A stretch of DNA of 64,000 bases from Octopus vulgaris (Eukaryota). The stretch's first letter is position 1; the number at the start of each line of letters is the position of its first letter. The stretch spans positions 14,012,001 through 14,076,000 of the forward strand of contig OX597835.1 in the NCBI GenBank assembly GCA_951406725.2. The letters are read 5' to 3'. Made by a program: the position numbers and the translations under genes. Under the pieces are notes generated by a model, which had not been told where the DNA came from, made no database searches, and worked only from the letters and a program-made list of their open reading frames with translations. Of the stretch, positions 1 to 13,087 are shown one piece after another.

Positions 1-3000
1 TGATGGTGATGGTGATGATGTTAGTGAATGATGATGATGATGGTGATGATGTTAGTGAATGATGATGATGATGGTGATGATGTCAGTGAATGATGATGGT
101 GATGGTGATGATGTTAGTGAATGATGATGATGATGGTGATGATGTTAGTGAATGATGATGATGATGGTGATGATGTTAGTGAATGATGATGATGATGGTG
201 ATGATGTTAGTGAATGATGATGGTGATGGTGATGATGTTAGTGAATGATGATGATGATGGTGATGATGTTAGTGAATGATGATGGTGATGGTGATGATGT
301 TAGTGAATGATGATGATGATGGTGATGATGTCAGTGAATGATGATGATGATGGTGATGATGTTAGTGAATGATGATGGTGATGGTGATGATGTTAGTGAA
401 TGATGATGATGATGGTGATGATGTTAGTGAATGATGATGGTGATGGTGATGATGTTAGTGAATGATGATGGTGATGGTGATGATGTTAGTGAATGATGAT
501 GATGATGGTGATGATGTTAGTGAATGATGATGGTGATGGTGATGATGTTAGTGAATGATGATGGTGATGGTGATGATGTTAGTGAATGATGATGATGATG
601 GTGATGATGTTAGTGAATGATGATGGTGATGGTGATGATGTCAGTGAATGATGATGGTGATGGTGATGATGTTAGTGAATGATGATGATGATGATGTTAG
701 TGAATGATGATGGTGATGGTGATGATGTCAGTGAATGATGATGGTGATGGTGATGATGTTAGTGAATGATGATGGTGATGGTGATGATGTCAGTGAATGA
801 TGATGGTGATGGTGATGATGTTAGTGAATGATGATGATGATGGTGATGATGTCAGTGAATGATGATGGTGATGGTGATGATGTCAGTGAATGATGATGAT
901 GATGGTGATGATGTCAGTGAATGATGATGATGATGTTGATGATGTTAGTGAATGATGATGGTGATGGTGATGATGTCAGTGAATGATGATGGTGATGGTG
1001 ATGATGTTAGTGAATGATGATGGTGATGGTGATGATGTTAGTGAATGATGATGATGATGGTGATGATGTTAGTGAATGATGATGATGATGGTGATGATGT
1101 TAGTGAATGATGATGATGATGGTGATGATGTTAGTGAATGATGATGATGATGGTGATGATGTTAGTGAATGATGATGATGATGGTGATGATGTTAGTGAA
1201 TGATGATGATGATGGTGATGATGTTAGTGAATGATGATGATGATGGTGATGATGTTAGTGAATGATGATGATGATGGTGATGATGTCAGTGGATGATGAT
1301 GATGATGGTGATGATGTTAGTGAATGATGATGGTGATGGTGATGATGTTAGTGAATGATGATGATGATGGTGATGATGTCAGTGGATGATGATGATGATG
1401 GTGATGATGTTAGTGAATGATGATGGTGATGGTGATGATGTTAGTGAATGATGATGATGATGGTGATGATGTTAGTGAATGATGATGGTGATGGTGATGA
1501 TGTTAGTGAATGATGATGATGATGGTGATGATGTTAGTGAATGATGATGATGATGGTGATGATGTTAGTGAATGATGATGATGATGGTGATGATGTTAGT
1601 GAATGATGATGATGATGGTGATGATGTTAGTGAATGATGATGATGATGGTGATGATGTTAGTGAATGATGATGATGATGGTGATGATGTCAGTGGATGAT
1701 GATGATGATGGTGATGATGTTAGTGAATGATGATGGTGATGGTGATGATGTTAGTGAATGATGATGATGATGGTGATGATGTTAGTGAATGATGATGATG
1801 ATGGTGATGATGTCAGTGAATGATGATGGTGATGGTGATGATGTTAGTGAATGATGATGATGATGGTGATGATGTTAGTGAATGATGATGGTGATGGTGA
1901 TGATGTTAGTGAATGATGATGATGATGGTGATGATGTTAGTGAATGATGATGATGATGGTGATGATGTTAGTGAATGATGATGATGATGGTGATGATGTT
2001 AGTGAATGATGATGATGATGGTGATGATGTTAGTGAATGATGATGATGATGGTGATGATGTTAGTGAATGATGATGGTGATGGTGATGATGTTAGTGAAT
2101 GATGATGATGATGGTGATGATGTTAGTGAATGATGATGATGATGGTGATGATGTTAGTGAATGATGATGATGATGGTGATGATGTTAGTGAATGATGATG
2201 ATGATGGTGATGATGTTAGTGAATGATGATGATGATGGTGATGATGTTAGTGAATGATGATGATGATGGTGATGATGTCAGTGGATGATGATGATGATGG
2301 TGATGATGTTAGTGAATGATGATGGTGATGGTGATGATGTTAGTGAATGATGATGATGATGGTGATGATGTTAGTGAATGATGATGGTGATGGTGATGAT
2401 GTTAGTGAATGATGATGATGATGGTGATGATGTCAGTGAATGATGATGATGATGGTGATGATGTTAGTGAATGATGATGATGATGGTGATGATGTTAGTG
2501 AATGATGATGATGATGGTGATGATGTTAGTGAATGATGATGATGATGGTGATGATGTTAGTGAATGATGATGATGATGGTGATGATGTCAGTGGATGATG
2601 ATGATGATGGTGATGATGTTAGTGAATGATGATGGTGATGGTGATGATGTTAGTGAATGATGATGATGATGGTGATGATGTTAGTGAATGATGATGATGA
2701 TGGTGATGATGTCAGTGAATGATGATGGTGATGGTGATGATGTTAGTGAATGATGATGATGATGGTGATGATGTTAGTGAATGATGATGGTGATGGTGAT
2801 GATGTTAGTGAATGATGATGATGATGGTGATGATGTTAGTGAATGATGATGATGATGGTGATGATGATGATGTTAGTGAATGATGATGATGATGGTGATG
2901 ATGTTAGTGAATGATGATGATGATGGTGATGATGTTAGTGAATGATGATGATGATGGTGATGATGTTAGTGAATGATGATGATGATGGTGATGGTGATGA

Positions 3001-3250
3001 TGTTAGTGAATGATGATGATGATGGTGATGATGATGATGTTAGTGAATGATGATGATGATGGTGATGGTGATGATGTTAGTGAATGATGATGATGATGGT
3101 GATGATGATGATGTTAGTGAATGATGATGATGATGGTGATGATGATGATGTTAGTGAATGATGATGATGATGGTGATGATGATGATGTTAGTGAATGATG
3201 ATGATGATGGTGATGATGTTAGTGAATGATGATGATGATGATGATGATGA
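1..3250. repeat. 31-bp satellite/minisatellite array, unit TTAGTGAATGATGATGATGATGGTGATGATG, about 100 copies, open at the window edge
   Basis: TTAGTGAA recurs at 21, 52 and onward with period 31; variants TCAG, TCAGTGG and GGT substitutions; 34-bp units near the right end. Confidence 0.98.
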
Positions 3251-3261
3251 TAATGGTGGTG

Positions 3262-3655
3262 CTCTTTTATTCTTTTACTTGTTTCAGTCATTTGATTGTG
3301 GCCATGCTGGAGCACCGCCTATAGTCGAGCAAATCGGCCCCAGGACTTATTCCTTGTAAGCCTAGTACTTATTCTATCGGTCTCTTTTTGCCGAACCACT
3401 AAGTTACGGAGACGTAAACACATCAGCGTCGGTTGTCAAGCGATGTTAGGGGGACAAACACAGACACACAAACATATACATACATACATACATACGACAG
3501 GCTTCTTTCAGTTTCCGTCTACCAAATCCACACACAAGGCTTTGGTCGGCCCGAGGCTATAGTAGAAGACACTTGCCCAAGGTGCCACGCAGTGGGACTG
3601 AACCCGGAACCATGTGGTCCGTAAGCAATCTACTTACCACACAGCCACTCCTACG
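3262..3655 (-). mobile_element. SINE family A (tRNA head, internal TA/TG tract, (GAGTAAAA)n tail)
   Basis: A-box TGGCTGTGTGG, B-box GGTTCAGTCC, CORE-like ACCTTGGGCAAGT; more than 20 copies in the window. Confidence 0.9.
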
Positions 3656-4311
3656 TTTATGCTGCTGGTGAAGACAACGACGATGACGTTTATGATGACA
3701 GTGACTATGATGATAATGACGGTAATAAAAATGATGATGATGATACATTAATTTATAATGGATGATGTCAGGGGTATCTAGATAGTTCTAGCAAGCCTCG
3801 AAGCCCAAGAGCAAAGAACAAAGACGCCACTTGATCTGTTTTCACTTAATGAGTCAGAGGGCAAAATTGGAAGGGAGGTCAATGCCTTTGACCTCTGCAG
3901 AGCCTCTGTGGAAGAGAGAGGAAAAGCTTAGCCGATGACTCATAGGAAACGAGAGATAGAGAGAGAGAGAGAGAGAGGCAGGGTTGCCGGTTATCAAAGG
4001 CTGTAGTCAGGAACGTGACAAAAACTATTCCTGGGGTCAGTCGGTGATGATGTATAAAGACATTCTCTCTCTCTCCAACAACAAAACAGTGATTTGAGCT
4101 TCAATTTCAGGAAATCCATGAAAAGTCACTTTATGAAGCAAACTGTCTTTGCTTCCAGAAACATCCATAAAAGGTCATTAACAAAGGACGAATACTCATG
4201 TAAGTGGAAAACAGAAAGTGTTACCAATATAAGGATTAAGTGCACCACAATGAAATGTAAGTACCGTGTGAAAGTTTGGTGTCTGATGTATACATTATGA
4301 AATCAAATATT

Positions 4312-4812
4312 CTAGCCTCGGGCCGACCAAAGCCTTGTGAGTGGATTTGGTAGACGGAAACTAAAAAGAAGCCCGTCGTATATATATCATCATCATCATC
4401 ATCATCGTTTAACGTCCGTTCTCCATGCTAGCATGGGTTGGACGGTTCGACCGGGGATCTGGGAAGCCAGAAGGCTGCACCAGGCTCCAGTCTTATCTGG
4501 CAATGTTTCTACAGCTGGATGCCCTTCCTAACGCCAGGATGCCTTTCCTAACGCCATATATATATATATATATATATATATGCATGTGTGTGTTTGTGTG
4601 TCTGTGTTTGTCCCCCTAGCATTGCTTGACAACCGATGCTGGTGTGTTTATGTCCCCGTTACTTAGCGGTTCGGCAAAAGAGACCGATAGAATGAGTACT
4701 GGGCTTACAAAAAAGAATAAGTCCCGGGGTCGAGTTGCTCGATTAAAGGCTGTGTTCCAGCATGGCCGCAGTCAGATGACTGAAACAAGTAAAAGAGTAA
4801 AGAGTAAAGAGA
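4312..4812 (+). mobile_element. 5'-truncated SINE A with a family C fragment (about 4386-4555, minus) inserted in its TA tract
   Basis: Alignment by eye to other copies; the nested fragment begins with (CAT)n. Confidence 0.85.
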
Positions 4813-5354
4813 GTATTCTTTATGCTGTGTCCAATGAAGAGGGTTTGGATATATTTATTGTTTATGTAGTGAGCTTTGAAATTCTTACATTCAAAATGGG
4901 AAAGGCTTTGCCCCAGAGGACGGCGAGGGAGATGCGACTGAACAGCCAATCAGACTCATTCTGCTTGCACTTGCGGATAGCCATCTCCAGTCTGATAGCA
5001 GTAAGCAAGGGACATGATCCAGGGACCAAGAGCACAAGGATGGAGGGGTTTCACTGCTGCAGGTTCAGACATAAACCTGCCACAGAGCAGAAAGCTATCT
5101 CTTCGTAAACCTTTTGACCAGCACGTATGACTCGGCCAGGAAGGGTTTTGTTAGACTCTATCCCTGGTGTATAGTGAAACGCAGGTGAGCAGGCAGCTGT
5201 ATGGTTTTTGTGTCTAGGATCACAAATTGACGGCCTGTTGTGCTTACCTTGGAACGTAGGGCGAGCGACCTGCTGTGCTTGAGGAGACCTACTGGGTCAA
5301 GGTTGGCCAGCCTTGGTTTATCCCAAAGATAAAACTCGCTTGTCAACATTGTTT

Positions 5355-5391
5355 ACACACACACACACACACACACACGGGCACGCATGTG

Positions 5392-5446
<55 letters not shown>

Positions 5447-5482
5447 ACGCATGCGAGCACACACACACACACAGACACACAC

Positions 5483-5526
<44 letters not shown>

Positions 5527-5652
5527 ACGCATGCGAGCACACACACACTCGCAGACACACACACACACACACACAGACACACACACGCACACACACACAC
5601 ACAGGTACGCATGCGAGCACACACACACACGCAACACACACACACACACACA
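5355..5652. repeat. (CA)n microsatellite punctuated by GGTACGCATGCGAG
   Basis: Read directly. Confidence 0.95.
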
Positions 5653-5979
5653 TGCAAAAAAACACAAGGTAATGACTTCAACATTGTTAGGTTTCGTGTA
5701 AGCGCATTTCTTTAAATATTAATTAGTCATTAAGTGCTTCTGATAAGAAGGCAGTGGGAATCTTAAAATGTAGATTTATGCCTATGAATACAATCTCCAA
5801 TAGACATTTGTGTACATCCGTGTCCCCCTACATGCATTAGCCTAGATTGACAAGCCTAGGTAGGCAAAGTAGTGAAACTACATTTTGAAGATTTCAGATC
5901 TGTGTCATAAGCAACCAGAATAGTCTGGGAATTGCGATTTTTTTATTCACATGGTTTTGAATTAAGCAGACATACAAGA

Positions 5980-6330
5980 ACGGATGTGGCTGTGTGGTAA
6001 GAAGCTTGCTTCCCAACCGCATAGTTCCGGGTTCAGTCCCACTGCGTGGCACCTTGGCCAAGCGTCTTCTCCTATAAGCCTCGGGACGACCAAAGCCCTT
6101 GTGAGTGGATTTGGTAGACGGAAACTGAAAAGAAGCCCGTCGTGTATATATGTAAGTAAGTATCTATGTCTGCATTTGTGTCTGTGTTTGTCCCCACCAC
6201 CACCCACCACCCATGTATACATACTGATGTATACATATGAAATCAAATATTCTAGCCTCGGGCCGACCAAAGCCTTGTGAGTGGATTTGGTAGATGGAAA
6301 CTGAAAAGAAGCCTGTCGTATATATGTGTA

Positions 6331-6365
<35 letters not shown>

Positions 6366-6949
6366 GCGTGGGCATGGCTGTGCGGTAAGAAGCTTGCTTC
6401 CCAACCGCATAGTTCCGAGTTCACTCTCACTGCGTGGCACCTTGGCCGAGTGTCTTCTCCTATAGCCTCGGGACGACCAAAGCCCTTGTGAGTGGATTTG
6501 GTAGACGGAAACTGAAAGAAGCCTGTCGTGTATATATGTAAGTAAGTATCTATGTGTGCATTTGTGTCTGTGTTTGTCCCCACCACCACCCACCACTGCT
6601 TGGCAACCAGTGTTGCTGTGTTTGCATCTGCATAACTTAGCAGCTCAACAAAAGGGAGTGATAGAATAAGTACTAAGCTTTGAAAAACAATGGTAATGGA
6701 GTCAGTTCATTCAACAAAAATTCCTCATGGCGGTGCCCCAGCATGGCCCCTGTCTAATGACTGAAACAAGTAAAAGACCAAAGGTGGCTGTGTGGTAAGT
6801 AGCTGGTTTACCAACCACATGGTTCCGGGTTCAGTCCCACTGCATGGCACCTTGAGCAAGTGTCTTCTACTATAGCCTCTTGCTGACCAAAGCCTTGTGA
6901 GTGGATTTGGTAGACGGAAACTGAAAGAAGCCTGTCGTATATATGTATG

Positions 6950-7016
<67 letters not shown>

Positions 7017-7220
7017 TTGTCTCCCTAGCATTGCTTGACAACCGATGCTGGTGTGTTTATGTCCCCGTCACTTAGCAGTTCGGCAAAAGAGACCGATAGA
7101 ATAAGTACTGGGCTTACAAAGAATAAGTCCCGGGGTCGAGTTGCTCGATTAAAGGCGGTGCTCCAGCATGGCCGCAGTCAAATGACTGAAACAAGTAAAA
7201 AGAGAAAAAGAGAGAAAGAG
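5980..7220 (+). mobile_element. Cluster of SINE A copies and fragments (about 5980-6210, 6253-6362, 6363-6778, 6784-7220)
   Basis: Repeated head, body and tail motifs. Confidence 0.85.
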
Positions 7221-7687
7221 TATCTTGTAGCTTTGAGATTGTTTATTTTTAGAATGACATTGTAGGGTGGGTGGGAAAGGCCAGATCTGGCTGGTTTTAA
7301 CATGAAACAGGTAAAATATTTGGGATGGCTTTGGTCAGTTTAAATGCTAAAGGGTTAAGCTGCATCATTAAAGTTAGCTAATTATTATGTAATTAAGAAA
7401 TATGTTAATGTGTTGTCTTCCTTCGTTATCAAAAGCAACAATGTTTACAATGTGTGACAAATGTTGGACTTTGTTGATGTAAACTTATTATGAACATCCA
7501 GTGTTTGATTAAGTGGACAAAATTCCGACTGAATTACCTTTCTAAGTGGCTGGGTATTCCACAGACATGTGTACCCCCTACTGTAATTCTCGGGCAGAAT
7601 CAGCATGACACAAGGCTGGGAATTTGAATTACAGGAATAGGTCATTAGAAAGGCTTCTGCACAGTTTCCACCACCACCACCACCACC

Positions 7688-8095
7688 GAAATCGATCAAC
7701 ATCAATGGAAATTGTAGCTGTGATACCAGTGCCGGTGGCACATAAGAGAACCATCTGAACGTGGCCATTGCCAGCGCCGCCCCAACTGGCATGTAAAAAG
7801 CACCATCCGATTGTGGCTGTTTGCCAGCCTCGTCTGGCCTCTGTGCTGGTGGCACGTAAAAAGCACCATCCGATCGTGGCCGTTTGCCAGCCTCATCTGG
7901 CACCTGTGCCGGTGGCACGTAAAAAGCACCCACTACACTCACGGAGTGGTTGGCGTTAGGAAGGGCATCCAGTTTTAGAAACACTGCCAGATTAGACTGG
8001 TCCTGGTGCAGCCTTTTGGCTTCCCAGGCCCCAGTTGAACCGTCCAACCCATGCTAGCATGGAAAGCAGATGTTAAACGATGATGATGATGATGA
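7688..8095 (+). mobile_element. Family C repeat: about 60-bp internal modules, conserved 3' end, (GAT)n tail
   Basis: GGCGTTAGGAAGGGCATCCAG...CCAACCCATGCTAGCATGGAAAG...GTTAAACGATGATG; no tRNA head visible. Confidence 0.85.
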
Positions 8096-9009
8096 CCATA
8101 ACATCTGTTCTCCATGCTGGTAGGGATTGGATGGTTTGATACAAACTGGCAAACCAAAGGAACTGCACCAAGCTTTATTGTCTGTTTTGGTAAGGGCTCT
8201 ACGGCATGATGCCCTTCCTAGTGCAAACCACTTTACAGAAAGTAGAAGGTGCTTTTTCCATTCATGACACCAGCACCAGTGGGGTCACCAAGTGATTTGC
8301 AAGACAAAACAAAGTTCCTTCAACTGTGGGGAAGTAGGAATGAGGGAGGTGGCTTTGTGTCAGCTGATGAGAGATTAAAAGAATACTAGAGAGACGGGGG
8401 TGGGTGTCTTTAGGTCGATACAAGGAAACCCCACTTGGAGAAGAAGGGAGAGAAAGAGATGGGGAGGGTGGGAGAGATTTGAGGTGGCTATGTGACAGGA
8501 CATACCCTGAAGTTAGGATGATGGGGTGAATACAGGTAAAGTGATACAAAGGATTGGATTGGGGGTTGAAGACGGTGGGGGTGAATTTCATAAGAATATG
8601 AGGGGAGATGGTTAGAAGGGATGGTTATTGAAGATGCGAGATATCGGAGTGCTCAGTGGGGAGGGTTAGGGTTAGGTATATGAGGGCATTCAGAGTGATG
8701 GGGGATGAAAGAGGTGTTAAGGATGGAGTATGGCAGAGGGGAGAGAATATGGCTGGAGGAAGATAATGGGGAATGGGAGTGGTTCTAAGGATGGAGTCTA
8801 GCATGACTGGAGAAATCGCAAATTCACACACAGGGATTAATATCCCAAGGTGCCACACATGAGGAACGAACCCAGGAACTTGTCGTAGCAAAGCAAGCTT
8901 CTTAACCATCAAACCATGCCTCTGTTGGCGTCAAACAAATACAACTGTGTTGTGATGCATACAAAAGAGTAGACATGAAAAGAGAAAAAGAAAAAAAATG
9001 ACTACCTAC

Positions 9010-9100
9010 AAAATGCAAAGAGTCCCAGAGCAGAGTATAAAGCCAGCTGTGATGAAGCGAGGGAAAGAATCAGGAGAGATGGAATGAGTACAGCAATCCC
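9010..9100 (-). CDS. MFSD10: MFSD10-like coding exon 10 (GIAVLIPSLLILSLASSQLALYSALGLFAF); gene continues beyond the left window edge
   Basis: ttttag|GGG and TTTT|gtaggt; 91 nt, phase 0 to 1; two hydrophobic segments. I found no further exon in 1-9009. Confidence 0.88.
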
Positions 9101-9165
9101 CTAAAATAAAGAGAAAACAACCAAACAATATATTATTGAAAAAAAAAAAAAAAAAAAAAAAAAAG

Positions 9166-9317
9166 GGTTTGTGGTAAGTAGCTTGTTTACCAACCACATG
9201 GTTCTGGGTTCGGTCCCACTGTGTGGCACCTTGGGCAAGTGTCTTCTACTATAGCCTCGGGCCGACCAAAGCCTTGTGAGTGGATTTGGTAGACGGAAAC
9301 TGAAAAGAAGCCCGTCG

Positions 9318-9348
<31 letters not shown>

Positions 9349-9565
9349 GCATGTGTATGTTTGTGTGTCTGTGTTTGTCCCCCTAGCATTGCTTGACAAC
9401 CGATGCTGGTGTGTTTATGTCTCCGTCACTTAGCGGTTCGGCAAAAGAGACCGACAGAATAAGTACTGGGCTTACAAAGAATAAGTCCCGGGGTCGATTT
9501 GCTCGACTAAAAGCGGTGCTCCAGCATGGCCGCAGTCAAATGACTGAAACAAGTAAAAGAGAGAG
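9166..9565 (+). mobile_element. SINE A, about 65 bp from the exon 10 acceptor
   Basis: Near full-length match to other copies. Confidence 0.9.
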
Positions 9566-10101
9566 TACTTGTATTTTTCTGAGATACCTTTAGTTAGTCA
9601 TCAAGACTAGAGCGTCTTTCAAAGATATTGTAACAAAATCTTTTTTTATATATTCATAATCAGACAAAACTGTATAAAAAAAAGATTTTTGGTAATAAAT
9701 TATTAAATTAAAAAAAAACGAGGGTGTCACGGGTTGCTTTCGGCGGGATAATTTACGATGTAAAGTTACCTCCCCTGACACACTAGCCTGTAACACATCT
9801 AATGGAAGTTACTTCCCTTAGTATGGTAAGATAACAAACCAAAGCCGTCGGTAGGGGAGGTCACGAAGGGAAAGAAGGAAGGTGAAATACAATTAAGACC
9901 AACTACACCGTAACCATGGTGACTGAGATACTCCAGGGCGTTGACATTATTTCCGGTGGAGCTATGTTAACCCTAAAGCAGAGCTGATGCCGTAAACCAA
10001 TGGTTAAAGAACTTTTAACTGTGACTATCAAAATTTTTATTCGGGTGTAGTGTATCTCGGAGTACAACATCAAATGTGTCCTTGAAAAAAAAAAAAAGAA
10101 G

Positions 10102-10424
10102 GGCGATGTTACGGTATTAGTACCGGTGTACTTCCAGAAGTACCGGATACATTTCAAAAAAATGTTTTTTTTTATATATGGCGGGTTAGGGTTAGGGTTT
10201 GTGTTAGGGTCGGATTAGGGGTGGGAGAAAAGGGTTTCTGTTATCTTCAGAAATGTAAACAAAGTCACGTGTGTACCTATACCGAAGCATCACCACATAC
10301 CCTAACCCTAGCAGAAACCCTAACCTTAACCCTAACCCCCCATATATATAAAAAAAAAACCCACTTTTTTTAAATGTATCTGGTACTTCCCGAAGTACAT
10401 CGGTACTTGTACCGTAACATCGCC
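10102..10424. mobile_element. Foldback MITE with GG...CC termini, 8-bp TSD AAAAGAAG and TTAGGG-like repeats in its TIRs (Merlin-like)
   Basis: GGCGATGTTACGGTA... and ...TACCGTAACATCGCC form about 110-bp arms; TSD at 10094-10101 and 10425-10432. Confidence 0.8.
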
Positions 10425-10510
10425 AAAAGAAGTAAAAAGTGTAATTTGAGGGTCGTTTGGCTGTTGTTTCTGAAACATTGGAGTGACTGAATAAAGATGA
10501 ATTGCAAATA

Positions 10511-11620
10511 CGAGGGTGAGGCAAAAGGTGATGCCATTTTCTGTATTTCATGTGAAGTTTTTGATAAAAATAAATGAAAATTTTCCCAGTTATAAATGAT
10601 TATATTATTTACGGTCTGGAATATTTTGTTTCTCACTTTTCAGGTTTTTAGACTGGAAAAGGAAATTCAAAATGGCCGCCACCTTAGAGTTACGTCAAAA
10701 GCAAAGAGCAGTGATTGAATTTCTTGTTGCTGAGGGGGAAACAATTGTGGACATTCCCCGACGATTACAAAACGTCTTTGAGGACAATACTTTAGACCCG
10801 TGGTTTTCAACCAGGGTTCCGCCAGTACAGTCCAGGGGTTCCGCAAGAAGTTACAAAACTGCTAAAATCGGCAGTAATTTTTAAGTCTCCTGTGCAGATA
10901 TGTGTGCATAAGACTATTAAATTATTGCACAGGGGTTCCTCGAGCCAGTGGAATGTTTCCTTGGGGTTCTGCTCCAGCAAAAAGTTTGAAAAGCACTGCT
11001 TTAGATAATAGCAATGTATGCAGGTGGGTCCGTCGTCTGAAAGATGAAAAGGTGGGAACTGTGAGTGTAGACGATAAACCCCGTTTTGGCCGTCCGTCCG
11101 TCCCGTCCCGTCGCGTCCGCTTCTGTGAATTCTGCCAATAAAGCAAAAACAGATGCTCTGATCAGAGAAGACAGGCGCTAAACTCTTGATGAGTTGGCAG
11201 AAAACCCTGAAGTGAGCCATGGAAGTGCTTACAGCATTGTCGAATCACTTGGCTTTTCAAAAGTGTGTGCCCGTTGGGTACTGAGGGAGCTGACTGCCGA
11301 ACGCAAGACTGACAGGGTCAATGCCTGCACTGGACTTCTCGAACAAAGAGGGTTTGAGAGGCAAACATTATTCCAGTGACGAGGAAGTGAAAACTGTAGT
11401 GAAGAAGTGGTTCAAAGAACAGTCAACAGAATTTTACAGGGCAAGGATATATGCTCTCATTTGAAGGTGGAACATTGCTATAGAGAGAAACGGTGAGTAT
11501 GTTGAGAAGTAGGGATGTGATCCACAGAATACCAGCTTCATTTTGATGCATGATACATGATACATGTTCCTGTGTTGGTAATTATACCTGTCCTAAAGAA
11601 AATGGCAATACTTTTTGAAC
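10511..11620 (+). mobile_element. Internally deleted mariner element (transposase remnant from 10672 to about 11512)
   Basis: Left TIR TA|CGAGGGTGAGGCAAAAGGTGATGCCATTTTCT with a degenerate right TIR. Protein motifs QRAVIEFLVAEG, GRPS, KVCARWVLREL and C-terminal GEYVEK are present; the catalytic DDD region is missing. Confidence 0.9.
10798..10998. mobile_element. hAT (Charlie-like) MITE inserted in the mariner ORF
   Basis: TIRs CCGTGGTTTTCAAC and GTTTGAAAAGCACTG; 8-bp TSD CTTTAGAC/CTTTAGAT; removing it restores DNTLDNSNVCRW. Confidence 0.88.
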
Positions 11621-11842
11621 TACAGACCATAATACATTTACTTGAAATTTTTGTTTTTTGTTTTGTTTTGTTTGTTGTTGTTTAACCCCAGGTCGCTTGT
11701 TTGTTGTTGATCCACTTGAGAACTCATCAACCCGTCTCTTCCGCAAACGCTGAGCTCTTTGCTTAATACAATAAAAGACGAGGTTTGAGGGAGAATTATC
11801 TCCCTTGCCCTTAGATTTGCTCGATTATTTTTCTCTCTACAA

Positions 11843-12237
11843 CTTTTAACTTGTTTCAGTCATTGGACAGCGGCCAAGCTGGGGCACCACCTCAAAGGGT
11901 TCAATTAAAAAAACTGACCCTATCGCTTACTTTATAAGTTTGGTACTTTTTCTATTGGTCTCTTATGCCAAACTGCTACGTTGCAGGGACGTAAACACAC
12001 CAGTACCGGCTGTTAAGAGGCGATGGAAGACAAACACAAAGACACACAGACACATGTATATGGCGAGCTTCTACACAGTTTCCGTCTACAAAATTCACTC
12101 ACAAGTCATTGATTAGCCCAAGATTACATTAGAAGACACTTGCTCAAGTATCTTCGAGTGTACTGCCCCACAGAGGGATTGAACCCAAAGCCACATGATT
12201 ACAAAGCAAGCTTTTTAACCACAGTCATGACTGCACC
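11843..12237 (-). mobile_element. Old diverged SINE A
   Basis: Degenerate match to the SINE A tail, body and head. Confidence 0.75.
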
Positions 12238-12541
12238 TAGAAACATACATTTTTATTTTTCTCTTTTATCATGGTGATTCGTCAGGGGGAAGAAGAACAG
12301 CTCATGACCTTTGCTGGTCATCCAAGGACAAGGTCGCATAACTATTTTAGGTGAGCACTTGCAGGATAGAGGAAATACATGAGCAAGGATTCCAGAGGGG
12401 ACAATGCTGCGGGGAAGAAGGATTAAGCATAATGGATGGTTAGTGAAGCACAGGCAGCATTGGACGCAACAGGTGGGTGACATAGATTAGGAGGATCTGA
12501 ATAGAGAAAATTGTATGACATTGGCTAATTCTGAGAAACAG

Positions 12542-12707
12542 AGGCGCAGGAGTGGCTGTGTGGTAAGTAGCTTGCTTACCAACCATATATGGTTCCGGGT
12601 TCAGTCCCACTGTGTGGCACATTGGGCATGTGTCTACTATAGCCTCGGGCTGACCAAAGCCTTGTGAGTGGATTTGGTAGATGGAAACTGAAAGAAGCCC
12701 GTCGTAT

Positions 12708-12745
<38 letters not shown>

Positions 12746-12962
12746 GCGTGTTTGTGTGTCTGTATTTGTCCCCCTAGCATTGCTTGACAACCGATGCTGG
12801 TGTGTTTATGTCCCCGTTACTTAGCGGTTCGGCAAAAGAGACCAATAGAATAAGTACTGGGCTTACAAAAGAATAAGTCCCGGGGTCGAGTTGCTCGATT
12901 AAAGGCGGTGCTCCAGCATGGCCGCAGTCAAATGACTGAAACAAGTAAAAGAGTAAAGAGAG
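12542..12962 (+). mobile_element. Full-length SINE A
   Basis: Runs from head AGGCGCAGGAGTGGCTGTGTGG to tail AAAAGAGTAAAGAG. Confidence 0.92.
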
Positions 12963-13087
12963 GCCATGACAATAATGATAGAAATGAGAGAAGAGGCAGC
13001 ATCCCTGTGAACTGAACAATGGCATTCGTCCGTTTGTGATGTAATTGGATGGTTAACTGTGGGAAGAATATCTAAGTGGAAAACTAA

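Noticed and set aside
4985-5030. Minus-strand VPCL as the next MFSD10 exon
   Set aside because: Flanking residues do not match the expected helix and I found no suitable phase-1 acceptor; 4820-5340 may be a decayed retroelement segment but I could not assign it.
7445-8047. Recurrent ORFs containing LQLDALPNANH or EDTCPRCHAVG
   Set aside because: Chance translations of family C and SINE A repeats.
10180-10340. TTAGGG...CCCTAA arrangement resembling a chromosome fusion site
   Set aside because: Few degenerate repeats, embedded in TIRs and bounded by an 8-bp TSD.
12542-12620. tRNA gene at SINE A or B heads
   Set aside because: A and B boxes are present, but I see no complete cloverleaf or terminator and the sequence continues into a SINE body.
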